From: Phoronis australis
Taxonomy: Eukaryota; Animalia; Phoronida
DNA length: 64,000 bases
NCBI GenBank assembly: GCA_002633005.1
Contig: NMRA01000388.1
Location: forward strand, 124,001-188,000
Direction of reading: 5' to 3'
Of this stretch, positions 14,336-27,806 are shown one piece after another. The position numbers and the translations under genes were made by a program. The first letter of the stretch is position 1; each line of letters begins with the position of its first letter. Under the pieces are notes generated by a model. It did not search any database. It had not been told where the DNA came from and was given only the letters and a program-made list of their open reading frames with translations.

Positions 14336-17300
14336 GGCGGCAACTCTAACGGCTGACACATGGGCGGCACACCATAGGGGCTTCGGTTGGGGCTATAGTC
14401 CTTTTTTTCAGTAGTACTTTGACGCCCACAGTCTATGGGCATGCAGCACAGAGGGGTCCAACTTTTTTTCATTGCTGCGCCCCCCATGTGACACCTACAC
14501 ATGTCTAGTTGCTTCCTATTACGGCCAATAGAATGAAAATTCAAGATGTAGTTTCAGAGGAAGCTTTAAACATAATCATCGATTACATAATAAGTTTATG
14601 TCGCTTGATTATCACATCCTCTGTATTGGTTGCTTTAAGAGCCGTAGTGGTCTTCTAAGCAGGGATTTTTAAGGCCGCACCCGTGTCATTGGCGCCAAAT
14701 TTTTTTGCAGTTGTGATGATTTAAAAATACCTAGTTGCACATGATTTCAACAATTGTGATGGTGCACTTCTTACTTAGACGCACGAGTCGGCACTATCCC
14801 CTGAACATGTGCTAACACTTTTGTAGCAAATAATTGTGTGTACCGAGGTGAGATCAATTTTAAGTGCCAGTGCTTCTTTTGAGTTTCTTCATGAAAGTCA
14901 TAAAAAACTTTTTGTGATGGCCCAAGAAAAAAGTGGAAAATTTGAAAACAAAAGAATTTTGGAGAACAGTGCTTCATGTATAGTGTATGAAAGTTTAATA
15001 TGAATTCAATCACCCATCTCTGATAAATGATGTTCCAGTTTGCCAAATTATGCCATTTTTCGATTGCTCTACGTGCCTTGACGTTCTTATGTGAGGACAG
15101 AGATTAGTGGCTTTTAGGTTAAGCAATTATGAGGTTTAGCACCCCAGAAACGTTTTAAAACAATAAAAACGAGATAGTTGAAAGCCATTACCTTAGCTTC
15201 TGAGGTGGTCCTACCACAGTCAAATTACTGCTTTTTACATGTGCTGGCATTTCTTGGAGTTTTTTTTGCAAACGGCAGTTGCCAAAGAACTTTGACGGAA
15301 TGTGGAATGTGCGACCTTCACAATAGTTTACAAACATACCGGGGTTATAAAATGATCATCCACAGCTCTGCACAAGAATTAACAACCCAAATTTTAAGCA
15401 ATTTGTGGAGAAAAAGACCAACTACAAAATGGCGACTTTGACGTCTGTATCCTCTTCCGCCAAATTAAGATCTCGAGGATCGGCCTCGTTTCTAAGTCAA
15501 CCAATACCATTCAAGTACAAACATAGGTCATTAGGTTAACAGTTGACATATTTTTTCACAAATCATCACATCAAATTACGGCAATAAAACTCAACAACAA
15601 GATGGCGTCGAGAGAAAGGCATGTGTATGGAAAATGTTGAGATTTCTGCAAAAACTGCCGACTTATGACTTTTTCTGTTTTGATTGGAATCTGGTATTGT
15701 ATTTTGCAACTACTACACACACGATATTGATTTGCAATATTTGGACACAGCTGTGTTCCACGGTTTAACAGCCTTGTGGAGCGTGTCCGTAAATACGTAT
15801 TTACAGATAGTATCTATTTACAGACGGTTCACGTGTCTAGCACAAAGTGCTAGGTGTCTTCGTGAGCGTGACCGGCATGCTTCAAAAAGTAACAACTGAC
15901 CTGTGTCCCTTTGCTTCCAACAGAAGCTGTGTTGGAATTCGCACTGAGACCACCAACGACGAAATCCCCACAACCGAGCGGGAGCGCGTTGAAAAGGTTG
16001 AAAGAGGTTGTCAAAGCTAGAGCTTTCACCATCAAGAAAAAAGACGGAAAAACGGCTTGCAATGGAACTGCCACTAGCGTTGGTATGGACGTTTCATGTT
16101 AACAGTAAAACTGAAGGGCAAGGGTGGGCACGCTTTTGTTTGCAATATATTCACGAAAATTACATCCATCTACATGCGCGCACCCAGGGGNNNNNNNNNN
16201 NNNNNNNNNNNNNNNNNNNNNNNNNNNNNNNNNNNNNNNNNNNNNNNNNNNNNNNNNNNNNNNNNNNNNNNNNNNNNNNNNNNNNNNNNNNNNNNNNNNN
16301 NNNNNNNNNNNNNNNNNNNNNNNNNNNNNNNNNNNNNNNNNNNNNNNNNNNNNNNNNNNNNNNNNNNNNNNNNNNNNNNNNNNNNNNCCACTAAATAAGC
16401 ACAAAGTCGCAATTCACTGAGGTGCTCCCGTTTTCTTTTTTTTTTTTTAGTCCGCACGCTCTTTTGTTAGCGAATGGTCCACAATGTCGGGAATTTGAGC
16501 CCCCTATATCGAAGGCTGGGTGCGCGCATAATCTACCAATTCGTGATCTTGGTAAATTATGCTACATGTAAATGAAAGGCTAAATATGAGTAGACAGTAC
16601 TCACCAACATCCTTACAATCACGTAAAGTGTAAGTTTCCGCAACCTGAAACCAGTCTGGAAATGTATCAACATAAATGTATACACATGTACGTACAGTAC
16701 ATACATACATACATACCTACATACCTACGTACATACATACATGTATACATTCTGTACATACATACATACATACATGCATACATACCTAAATACATACATA
16801 CATTCATACAAGTATACATTCTGTACATACCTACATATATACATACATACATACATGTATACATTCTGTACATACATACATACACTCGTACATATGTACA
16901 TGTACATGCGTGTACATGCGTGTGAGCTTGTTCGTGTGTGACGGTTTGTTGACGATTTTCTATTGTCTCAAAATATTTCCCATAATAACTAATGACATTT
17001 TAGTTTCGAGCCATATAAAATTGCCTGTACTTAACTTCGGTATTCGCCGTAGTTTCACGATCCCATCTCGCACATCCTACTTCGTAAGAGACGCGTTGTC
17101 ATTGCTCTGGGACCATTCCAAGAAACTGACTTAAGTTAATCTTTGACTTCAGATTTGACTTAACTTCTAAACTTGAAACTTCCACGTCCGGTAAGATAGT
17201 TAAAATTAAGACAAAATGTATATCAAAATTTAGAAATTAAGATATCTTCCTTGAAACGATGTTTAGAAAACTTTCAAAGTTTCATCTTGAAATTTGCTGA

Positions 17301-20300
17301 AATTTGAGATTTGTCTTACCTAACTCAGTTTTGTTGTAACGGGCCCCAAGCATCTAACAAATATCGACGTTATGGTATTTTAGTTGTTTGATGATCCTGT
17401 CATTTATTGCGACGCCTGACATTACCTCCAGGTATTTTGGTCCTTCCAGCGTTTACTGATCTCCTGGCTGCTCTGGCAAAATTATTGAGAAAAATTCTCA
17501 ACTTCGAGGTCACATGTTTTTTTACTAAACATCTTCCGCGTTTTGTTTTTGTTTAATCTATTCTGAAAAACAATCACGTATTTCCACAATCCACTGCAAA
17601 TGTTTTTACTGCATACAAGCCATTTGGTTCTCTCCAGCTACAGGTCTGAAATACTTTCTCTTGTCTTTGTTTTTTCCGGGGATATTAACCTTTCTCTATT
17701 ATCCTTTCAGATATTTTCAGATACATCGTCTTCTCATAATTGCTGATTTGTTCTTCCTGAATACCATCTTTTACTAATCACCATTTACTAATCACCAACG
17801 TAATTCAAACCACCTCTGACTAACTAATTTCTAAAAGGCTGGGGAATGGTTCTTGTTGAGAAGCTTTTGAGCCTTTTGTATCGTGATACTCAGAAGTTGT
17901 CTTCGGCGGTGGAACTGAGTCTTCTGTTGTTTTCACGGATTTAAACGACTGTGTTGACTAATGTACTAGATGTTTACCCCGCACTACTCCAAAGGCCCTC
18001 TAGTTCAAAGGCCCACTACTCGGAAAAACGCCCACAACTCCGAAAAATTACTCCTCCGCCAATAATATGAATGCATTTCTTTCATTTTATAACATCAATG
18101 TGATCCGTTTTATTTTGGTCAAGCAAATTTCAAAGGAGATATGATAAAGGAATCGATAACTACAACGACGTTACAAGATTTCGTTGTCCAAATTTAGCTT
18201 TTTTGCTTTTGCATTTTGACACTAATTAGCTTTCAATGAAAAGTAATGTTTTTGAAGTAACGGGTCTGAATAGAAACATTTTTTCATGAGAGTTCCAACT
18301 GTTTTGATTGTTGATCTCTCTCCTCACAATACACTTTAACGTGTACCTGTACCGTCTGTTCTCCACCCGTTTCCTCTGATTGGAATATTGTGAAGTTTTG
18401 TCTTCTGTCTTGAGAATGGTTTAGAGACAATAATCCGAAACATCGATCAATATGTCGTTGTTTACATATGGGCGGATTTTTAAGTTCGTGCTCATGTTTT
18501 GGTCAAAAACAAATATAATCAAGATATCGAATACATATAATAACAAGAAACATAATTTTTGAACCTCGAAGTTTGCAACACGTAACACGCCATACATGTG
18601 GAAAATATTGCACAGGTCTTGGTGTCAGAATATAGACTGACACTGTTTTTAGTTGTATTGTTTTGTTTTGTTTTGTTTTGTTGTTCTGTTTGATTGGCAT
18701 GACCCCCTGAGTTCAGTACACTGATGATGTAATTTGTTTACTACAGTATAGTGTGGAACTCTAGCATGACAGTGATTAATGCAGTCTGGATTATTCTAGA
18801 GATCAGTAAATGTTGGTAGAATGATTGGGTAGCTTCCGGAATGTCCTTGAATGTACTTAAATTGGTGAAAAGTTCTAGAACAATGCGTTAGTCTAAATAC
18901 ACAAGCACCGGTTTGTATTAGTTAGTTAAGCAGTCAATTCAGTTCAAGAGTTCAGCAGTTGTAGTTAACAATTAAACAGTTGAAAGGATTACAGTTGAGT
19001 CGCAGTGAAGAGAATCAGCAGTTACAGCGAGAGTCAATAGAAAGCCAGCTACAAAGACAGCAGGTTATTTGAATCAGCGAGTGTAACAGTTGCTGGAAGT
19101 GTCTCAGAAGTTCATCACAAGTCAAGGCTTCGCAGTACTGGCTGGAGCATAGAGCAGGCATTACGTCGGACGTTCTGTTTGATTAGGCTTGTGAAGATAC
19201 GGTCGAGTTTAATTAAAGGATTAACACGAACCAGTCGTCAGTCTATCATCGCACCGAAAGCTATTAGTACCGGTCTGTAACAACCTGCGCCCACCCACAC
19301 AAGGGGAAAAACGTGACACCTGGCTTTGTTGGATTAAAAAAACTTTTCATCTGAAAAGGAAACACGCGGAAAATAATTTTACGGTGGCAACTGGTATAAA
19401 TTAAAATTTAAAGTTTCTTCGATGGAACGTAAATTTCTTCTTGCTTAAAAATGTTTAAATACGAGAAGTTTGGTACTATCCACTCCTCTTTGGTATCAAA
19501 TCTGTAAAGTTGAATACAGTGCGGTTCACTACAAAATTGAAGAAATATGACACTATCGACGTTTTCATTGCTGTTGAGGTTATCTTAAAGGAGAATGCCA
19601 CCCAAACTCAACCTATTTTGTATCAGTTTAGATCGAGTAGTTCTACTCCATAATGACACGTACGGTTGCGTTACCTGACACCTGACAGCAGACGGTGCTA
19701 TTGAAATTATCCAATGACGTAATTGGTTTCACACGCAGTCAGTTCAGCAGTTCACAACTCGAGTTAGTCTTGTAAGCTTATCGCTTGAATTCATCGTTTA
19801 ACACCAATAAATCATCAAACGTCGATGTGAAACCCTTAAAAATACACCGAGTTCTTATAAAAACGTGTTGTCTTATTTCGCTGTTACGGATTTGCTGGTA
19901 TTTGGACACACCGTAGCCTGGCATGACTGAGGCCAATTTGCCAAGGTCCGTAGCAGGAGTTTAGGGGCTGTTCGGAAATAAATTCGAAGTACTCTTCCGT
20001 GAAATACAGGCATGTGAATCTAGATCTGTGCTGTTTATGCTTGTGATTTTTTAAGTTCTAAACACACAAAACGCTTGTTGTCCCGGTCAGTGGCTCGGAA
20101 CCCGATCAGGCTCGTCGCGGCCACCGGGACTGGCACGAACATAAACCGGCTTGAGTTGGAAACTAAACCTCCAGTCACGAAAAGACTACAATAGTTAGCC
20201 GAAGAAATAAAGTGCACGTAATTATTTATGTTAATCAGCCACGAAACTGAAAATCTAATTAATTGTCGGGGGCCGCAAAGTCGGGTTCCCCTTCCACAGA

Positions 20301-23300
20301 CCGTCAGGGCAAAGGTTGTACAGTGACAATGATTTGAATAATGTATTTGTATTTCTAAATAAAGATTCCACTAACATGTGACAATAGCATATAAAATCGA
20401 GTAATTGTTTCAGAACAGCTTTCTGTCAACAAACACTGAATTTGCATGCGCTCAAACGGCCTCGGTGCCCGGTCAATTACATGTACCTTTGTTGCCGGCA
20501 TCAAAAGCCAGTGACGCAGTGGTTTATTCATTGCTGCTTGACTTCTCGAAACATTTGCAATCACGAAAACTTCAAGACATTTCTTATTGTATCGAATGAG
20601 ACAGACTTTGTTTCAGTTTCTTATAAGCATTGGTTAGAATCATTTTAGGATGAGAATAATTCATTTTAAAACAGAACGCAGAATAATAAACGTCTACATG
20701 GCAACTCGCCCGCCGCCAATTCCGACTTAGTCAAGAGCTCATCCGACGAAGACTTCACGGGTCGTATCGTTAGGTTCACAAGCTATCAGTTCGAACTGGA
20801 ATACACTGATCAAGAAATACTAGAGAGGTGCCGTGAACATGCATAGGCAACGGAACGTATGGATAGTTCTTTGGTAAGCCGGAATTCGTCAGAGAAATCA
20901 CTGTCCACGACATGCCGGCCACAGGCACCGAGATGTTTCACAGCCTCATACTTGCTATTAACAGCATACCATTCAATCTGCAGACGAGCCACTGACGTCG
21001 CTGCGTCGCTTCTCACATTCCTCACAGGTTAACGCGACACCTCTCGGCAAGGTGAGGTCGACCGTATAAGAGGCGATGTAGATATAGACCGAAAAAGACG
21101 GTAAAAAAGAATAATTAAATCGGGTGGCATTCTCCTTTAACAATCACTTGGTTGTGAACGAAAGGATGGAAAACCTGCTAACTGGTGATGTTTTTCAAGG
21201 CGCTAGATGTCTTTTACCGGAAATTGCACCAGCTTTGACGACCGAATATTCAGCAGTGCTTTACAAGTTATTTTTGGTACCACTCTCTGGGGTGCCTCAC
21301 GTACGCCTGCAATTTGCAAATATTTGGAGGGAGCTTGTGAAATACGAGAGAAAAACAGTACAATACTCTAAAGATGGTGTTTTGAGACATGGGTTTGCAT
21401 TCTTCGTATAAAGGAAATTTATGTAACCCTGTAAAAACTGTCCTGCTTAGTAATTGAACAAAGAGGACTCTTCGTTACTACACAAAAGTCGTCTTGGTTA
21501 CGACGGCATAAAGTCATGCAGTAATAAACTAGAAACGCTTTTGTTTCAGATTCTGAATGTACTCAGCCAGGAACCTTCGGCGAGAATTGTGAGCACGAAT
21601 GCCACTGTAAGCAACTCACGTGCAACGATCAAACAGGAAGTTGCAAGGATCACGGCGGCTGTGCGGAATATTTCTCGGGCGACAACTGTTCATTCTGTAC
21701 GTGATCTGTGTTTTATAATATGGAGTTACGCCGTTACTGGTTGGTATGCTGGAAGCAATAATCGCGTTAAGTAGAACATGATCAACTTAAAAACACACAA
21801 ACGCCTTTGTGCTCAGAATGTTTTTTGTACAAACAGCTTTAAAGTGCTATTTTACGAGATCATCAAAAGATAGATTTCAGGATGAACTCCGGACCAAAAT
21901 TTTGTGAATCCGTGAGGTGAGATATGATCAGTTTGCTTTTGAATTGACAGGAGAATGAATCTTTTAATCCCAGACTTTTTGCAGCTCTTAGGTTCACTAG
22001 TTAAAGTAATTTGTAAGCAGCATATTGCAATTGAGGAGAGATCGCCTATATAATATGGAAGTAGGTGTTTATGATCTCTATCAGAAATTACGTTGGTGTG
22101 TTTCCAAAGGGCAGCGTCCTTAAACCTCAATAGAAGGCAAAAATCGTCAAATGATATTCATTCAACCATGTTTTTTCTACTCTATCAGCCAGTTAGCAGA
22201 GTTTTTGGTGATTTTGAATAATTATGTCCATCAATTTATTATATATCAGGAAAAATAACCAATCTAGCGTTTTGTTTTAAAGCACCAGTCCATGGAAACA
22301 ACGTACACATACCTTCACGTATTTCACACTACTTCACCAAGGCAGCGTGTTTGCAGCTGTATCTACAAAATCTATGCAGGGACATTTGGACGTTTTAGAC
22401 ACAGTCAAATAATATTAAAATGTCCAAATTAAAAACAAAAGCAACCATAATAATTAGGCAAAATTTAGGTTGAAAAAATATATACTTTGGATGTTACGGA
22501 GCTATGGATCGGGCAAATCTACACTGTAAATCCTGAAACTCCCTGGAAGCATACAAAGTGTGCAAACGTTGTCGACATATCAACCGAATAATCCAAGCGC
22601 ATAATTTCTGAAAAAGTTTCAGTTCTAAAATGCTCCCATAGTTACTGGAATGGGAAAAATCTAAGACCTCCGAAACTTTCGGTTACGTGATTTGGATGTA
22701 ATTATATTGCTATTTGCGCGGCCAAATCGCGTCATAATGTAAGGAGATACTTATAAACACGCGTTATGCGACACATGTCTCGTTGGAATGTAGATGGCGA
22801 TACCGTAGTTGGCAGGCAGCATTCTGCATTTTTGTATTTTTAGGCACTGTAGTATTTCTCATTGTTGTTGTAAATTCCTTTCACCATCATGTCGTCAAAT
22901 CGCCACTGGTATGGTAGAGATATTCAAACGATTGGCTGTAAATAGAAGATATTTCATTTCGTCCTTGTCAACACCAAAATATTAAAAAGCGAATTCTGTG
23001 TTTTTGTAGCCAATCGACGCCAAGAGTTGTATGTATTTAGTTGATTGATCCCTGTTTGCATGTTAAGAGTAAAAATCATGATCCCATTCGGGAGCTGACG
23101 ATAAGACGGCTGATATTTTTCAGGATGCCGATTGGTCGGCAGACCGACCTTCTGGTAGAACGTCATGCGTACGTGCCGGAAGTAATTTACACTGTTGCTT
23201 AATGAGAGTGTCACGCAAAATTGTCAGTCATTATCTTTTGCCCACATAATTAGTCAATTTTCAGCTCACTAACATTTGTTAATTATGATTGGCCGGAATT

Positions 23301-26300
23301 GAAAAAAGACATGCTTACAGAATGTACCTGATGGTACGTAATAATAATAATATTAATAATAATAATTATTATTATCATTTATTGTACATTGCAGGCTTTG
23401 CCTACTCATACATTAATACATAAATTCAAATGTGTATTCAGAGTATTTACACGGAGAGTAGTTCTTCTCTTAAAGTGTACACAACATGACTCTAGTACCT
23501 CAAAATAATTTTTATTATTATATCTTGCTTGATTTCAGTGCCTTTAGTGCACTGCTCATAAAGAAACACGCAAAAAATTGAAAAAATAAAAATTATGTAC
23601 AACGTCATGGGTTGAACCCAAGTCGTCCGCCATACGTTGTTCGGATCAGAGACAAAGTGTATAGAGTGAAGAGACAGCAAAGTACATTTAGTGTCGAGGT
23701 TCGTAGAGGGATCAAAAGATGTGTTTCCGGAGGCTGCAGCAACAGCAGCCAGGCGGAGAACGTCTCGGTGTTCCGAAGGACACCAAAGTTGCGCAGAAGT
23801 GGCATCGCTTCGAGCGCTGAACGAGAGTGTGGGACGTCATCGTGGACCAAGCGATTCGGTCCGGGGCCACTCTGTGTTCTGCCCACTTTGAGGACTCGTG
23901 TTTCGACTCCAGTCACAGGAGACGTTACGACGAAGGCCTGGTTCAATAAAGGACAATATTCATCATTCAGAAACATCAGCTCTTAGTTCAAGATCGTCTG
24001 TGATGACTGGATTGACTCGCTGAGCCCGAGGCCGCTTCTCTCGCTGGAGGATCCAGTTCGTAAGGCCCAAAGTAGAAAAGTACGCTGCCGGAACCAGGTT
24101 AAACTTGTTATCGCTTTCGTGCAACCCCATTTCCTCATCCTGGCCACCATTCCCGTACTTTTCTTCATAGTATATTTTGTTCAATTCTTGCTCATAATCG
24201 TCGTCGCTTTCAAATTCCCTGCTCTCCGCCATTGTTCAATGCTAGTCACTGATCTCCTGTGTTCAACCCATGACGTCACATGGCGGCAAATGTGAAAATT
24301 GGCAAAATTGAAAGAAAAATCAAAATTTCGAGCTAATTACACAAAATAAATATGGGTTTAGCTACATTTTACGTCATACATTTAGTCTGTGGCCACCGAT
24401 AATTCAAAATTTGCAAAAATCCATGGTGTGTACTGTTTAAAACCATAGTCTTCTTAATATACAATGCAAGGCGCTGGTTACTGTCATGGTTTTTCTGTTG
24501 GAATAGCCTAACAAGAGAATAGTTGACATTCACAAGCTCTGGTAGAACACTTCTTTCAAAGTCTCCAAGAACAGGGCGTCGACACACGAAATGTGGCTCA
24601 TCTTCAATTTCACCCAGATAGCATATGCCGCAATATTCTCTCACTTCTAGGAATACCCGTGAAGATCGTAAAGTGCGTATCAATTAAAATTCCAATGTTA
24701 TGTACCTGGCGTAGCAACGGAATAATTTAAGAAGTTGAAGCGTTTTGGTAATACACTTTTTGTGTATTTAGTCACAATTTTGTATTACTTATTCGAATGA
24801 AAGGTTCTATACAATTAGGTAAAAGCCGCAAATTAGTTGTTGTTTTACGTCATCGGCTATATTAAAATCTATGTATATCGTTTTTATAACTAAATAAATT
24901 TGAATTTAATTCGAAATTTGATGACTTGACGTTATTTTCGTTATCTTAGCGTTAAACGATGGCTCGTGATATATAATTTTACAATGGAGTCCTACTAAAA
25001 CATGAGCCTGGACATAAATTCAGTACAAGCACTTATTGGATGTAAAACACGTCAATTTCGGTGTGCAGTACTACATATACATGTAGTAATAATAGCCAGT
25101 ACACCAATTCTAACAGAGCTGAATGTTCATTGGATTTTTTCCAGATCCTGTTCACATAAACCAGAAGAAACTCATGGTATGGGCAAAAAATACTGGTTGA
25201 ATGTTCTATTAGGCCTAAATCAAATTCCTATGGATATTTATGAATTACCCGCTTTTACCCTGTTAATAGTAAACCGTCAAATCTTCGAAATTGAGGAATA
25301 TGTTAGTCTTTTGGAGGGCTTGATTTCTGTGCAGTTCTATGCGCGGTATCTTTTCTAACGATAAACGTCCGCACGCGATTGTAACTTTGTAAGAAAGTTT
25401 ATGGTTCCTTGGAATGTATTTGATTAGTTCTACCACACTCAACGAGTATATTGCACCAATACTGATAATTTCTTCAAATTTATGTTCATGTCACAGTATC
25501 AGGAAAAAATCTTAGATTGACCTTCAGCTCTGTTTGAGATTAGTGTTGATAATACCAACTTCTAATGTCTAACGGAATTTTAAGGCACTAGGAATATTGT
25601 TCTCGAGTGTTAAACCGTGAAAAAGTCTGCATAGCCAGCCAATCAGCTGTATGAAGATCGACTTCAAAATAAGACAGGAATAGACGTGAGTTAACATCAC
25701 ATACACGTCAAAATTTTACACCGCCCAGGTGCTAGTGACCTGGTCCTCAGAACATCTTACATTCAAGAACGAGTTGTGGTAACGACTGGCAGAGGTTGGC
25801 GCTAAAAGTGGGTGTCGAACAGCACTCACCTTGCCTGTAATGGCCGTTTAAGTTGAAAATATATTATAGCATAATTCTCCGGCCTTTATTGCAAATAACC
25901 GCCTGTCGTCTAATGGACAGCAATACCCTTTAGAAATTTATTTTGCTCATAAATTTGGTTTGTTGATGTTAAAATATTAATTACTTATAACTAAGAAAAT
26001 CCAATTCCGATAATTTGTCGTGACGGGTAAGCAACCTTGTGCAAAAAGAACACTTGTCTGAAGAATCGTCGAGAAAAACGAATGAGCCTGACAGGTGGCG
26101 CCAAAGATACGATTGGCCTACAAATGTAGCTTCAGAATATTGGTAGAACGACACTTTTAGCGATAGTAAATAATTTAGTTTAAACAAAGATGCAAGTTCT
26201 TAATGCTATTAACTTTGGGTTAGATTGTTGTCACCCACATGGGTGCAAAGCTTCATGTTGATACTGCTCGATGAAGGCAAAAGTATGCATCGAAGATTAA

Positions 26301-27806
26301 CTTCCTAACCACCACCGTGACCACATATTTTTTATTTATATGAACACAGCTCCAGAAATCATTTCACATTACATCCAGGTTCTCATTCATCCCCTTGCAT
26401 ACATTTACTAGCAAGACAGAGATCAGAGGAGTAGAAGATACCTTTTGTGAAATGCTCGAGTATCTGCAAGTAAAGCTAGGATTTGAACCCGGGTCTCCCA
26501 AACGAGAGCCCGTAGCTCAACTCACTGAGCCACACCGTCTCCAGTTACTGACTTGACAGCATGTCGTATTTGAAAGACAATAGGTTAATTTTTAAATTTT
26601 CCAGATAAAATGAAAGCCCCGGCCGAAATCAAATTTCGTAATGACGTCATAGTTAACACGAGAATGGTCATAGTGGCTGTTTCTTGGCACTTAAAATACC
26701 GGTACCTCAAAATTTGGTGACCCCTATTCTTTCTTATTTTGTTTCAAACACGTGAGGTATCAACATAAGAAAAATGTCTAACGGCATAACCACTGGTGTG
26801 AAAGCCAAAACGTTGAAAGTTGAGGTGCTCAACGTAAAGAAAACGTTCACGTAGACCGGCATTGGAAAATCAGAAAACTTGTAAATTTTATTAAAGCCAT
26901 TAAAACATGAAATTGACACCGTGTATTAAACGTAGTCCGTTCTGAATGAGTTTCAACCATTTAATTAAACAAGGACGGTTTTCGAAGTTTACATTTTGCA
27001 GCGTTGCTTTTACTTTGCTGATCTGGAGGCATTAACGTGTTCTAGACTTCAACTGAATAATTCAAATGTGTTATTAAAAGAATACAACGACTGAACGCTA
27101 GTGTTTGGACAACATGAAAAAGAGTAATCCAAAATATCTTTTTGTTTCAGTTACAATACCTGCTGTAGAAGACGCAGATTTATGTAAGTTAAGTTGGTGG
27201 GTCTAAACATGTTCTAGAAACGCCTCGATTTTGGATTAAAGGTAACGAGTCACATTTACTTCTGAGTAAACATATGGGACTGAACAGCGAAGCGTCGACT
27301 CTTCTCTACAGTGGGAATAGTCCGAACTAAGGAGTCTATTTCTCGCCAGTAGTCACTGCAGCGACAAGGGTGCATATCACGTTACACCACTTCGGGTTAT
27401 CTTCGATGGGATAGCATCATCTTAACTCCGATGTTTGTTAACTACAGAAGCTAACGGGGACGCTCAAGTTAACTTTGCAATTAATGTCAACGCTTCGCTT
27501 GGTAATTAGCGTAAAATATACGTAAGCGATTAACTAATCATTGTCATGTGCCTAGGTGCGGACGGTAATGCACAGATAGTGGAAACGGGGACACTGCCGC
27601 TGATAATCATCAGCGTCGTGAGCGCAGTGGTCTTTGTATTCTGCATCGCTCTTGGCGTGTTCATGAGGTATTCAAGAACTCACAACAATTGCTGTGGAAT
27701 GGATAATTACAACTTCGACTCCGATATGTCGAATGTCAGCAGTCACAACGATTCCTACGTCGAAACTCCATCGTATAGCACGCCAGATTCCGACAGCATT
27801 ACGTAA
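7639..27806 (+). CDS. Kringle + EGF single-pass membrane protein (spliced; 5' end uncertain)
   Basis: Four exons (7639-7929, 21550-21696, 27151-27183, 27556-27806) join through phase-1 GT-AG introns into one open frame: kringle, EGF, stalk, TM, cytoplasmic tail. Additional exons may exist. Confidence 0.72.
11080..12000 (-). mobile_element. Penelope-like GIY-YIG fragment
   Basis: LVYQLNCSECEQFYIGMTNRIL in ORF 11289..11615. Its 3' UTR recurs on + at ~18290-18500. Confidence 0.75.
12233..13708 (+). mobile_element. Kolobok-like non-autonomous element, copy 1 (THAP remnant)
   Basis: Termini aggagaaagccaccc ... ggtgacattctcct, flanks TTAC/TTAA; colinear with the 28788 copy. Confidence 0.8.
14238..14333. 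repeat. (TA)n(GT)n microsatellite
   Basis: Read directly from the sequence. Confidence 0.9.
16173..16530. mobile_element. hAT-like MITE with 5-bp TSD spanning the assembly gap
   Basis: catgcgcgcacccag / ctgggtgcgcgcata; ATCTA on both flanks; a truncated relative lies at ~2017-2175. Confidence 0.75.
16191..16387. other. Assembly gap (N run)
   Basis: Run of Ns. Confidence 0.99.
16675..16920. repeat. Compound (TACA)n microsatellite with higher-order unit
   Basis: tacatac runs punctuated three times by gtatacattctgtacatac. Confidence 0.85.
19589..21136 (-). mobile_element. Kolobok-like non-autonomous element, copy 2 (inverted)
   Basis: Perfect 15-bp TIR aggagaatgccaccc, TTAA on both sides; ORF 20810..21025 carries the same CGRH THAP-like remnant. 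Confidence 0.85.
21550..21696 (+). CDS. MEGF/SCARF-type (laminin-EGF-like) repeat exon
   Basis: SECTQPGTFGENCEHECHCKQLTCNDQTGSCKDHGGCAEYFSGDNCSF (8 Cys); tttcag acceptor, gtacgt donor, 147 nt, phase 1-1. This frame is not in the ORF track. Confidence 0.85.
23474..24436. mobile_element. TTAA-flanked Kolobok-like deletion derivative with THAP pseudogene
   Basis: Imperfect 15-bp TIR (12/15) between TTAA sites; frameshifted THAP on + (RCVSGGCSN...KWHRF...LCSAHFED, ~23710-23930); convergent acidic ORF start MAESREFESDD on -. Confidence 0.65.
24441..24690 (-). mobile_element. Non-LTR retrotransposon C-terminal zinc-knuckle remnant
   Basis: YCGICYLGEIEDEPHFVC motif typical of LINE ORF2 C-termini. 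Confidence 0.55.
26320..26543 (-). mobile_element. tRNA-derived SINE
   Basis: On -, A box tggctcagtgag and B box ggttcaaatcc, followed by a non-tRNA body and an A-rich end. Confidence 0.6.
27151..27183 (+). CDS. 33-bp stalk micro-exon (TIPAVEDADL)
   Basis: ttttgtttcag acceptor and gtaagt donor; symmetric phase 1. Confidence 0.7.
27556..27806 (+). CDS. Transmembrane + cytoplasmic tail terminal exon
   Basis: LIIISVVSAVVFVFCIALGVFM hydrophobic helix followed by RYSR and a Ser/Asp/Tyr-rich tail to TAA; cctag acceptor, phase 1. Confidence 0.78.

Noticed and set aside
16008-16457. ORFs crossing the N run
   Set aside because: Artefacts of translating Ns.
16662-16941. Y/I/H/T-rich and M/Y/V/C-rich ORFs
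   Set aside because: Translations of the (TACA)n microsatellite. The same applies to the ORFs at 5553, 14185, 49824 and 49863.
18720-19320. Solo LTR (cagtt-rich, ends gtgaca; tggtgtcagaa PBS-like motif at ~18620)
   Set aside because: No matching TSD or second LTR found, and the PBS-like motif is on the wrong side.
21454-21774. 106-aa ORF as a gene
   Set aside because: Wrong frame; the Cys-patterned EGF exon is in a different frame with proper splice sites.
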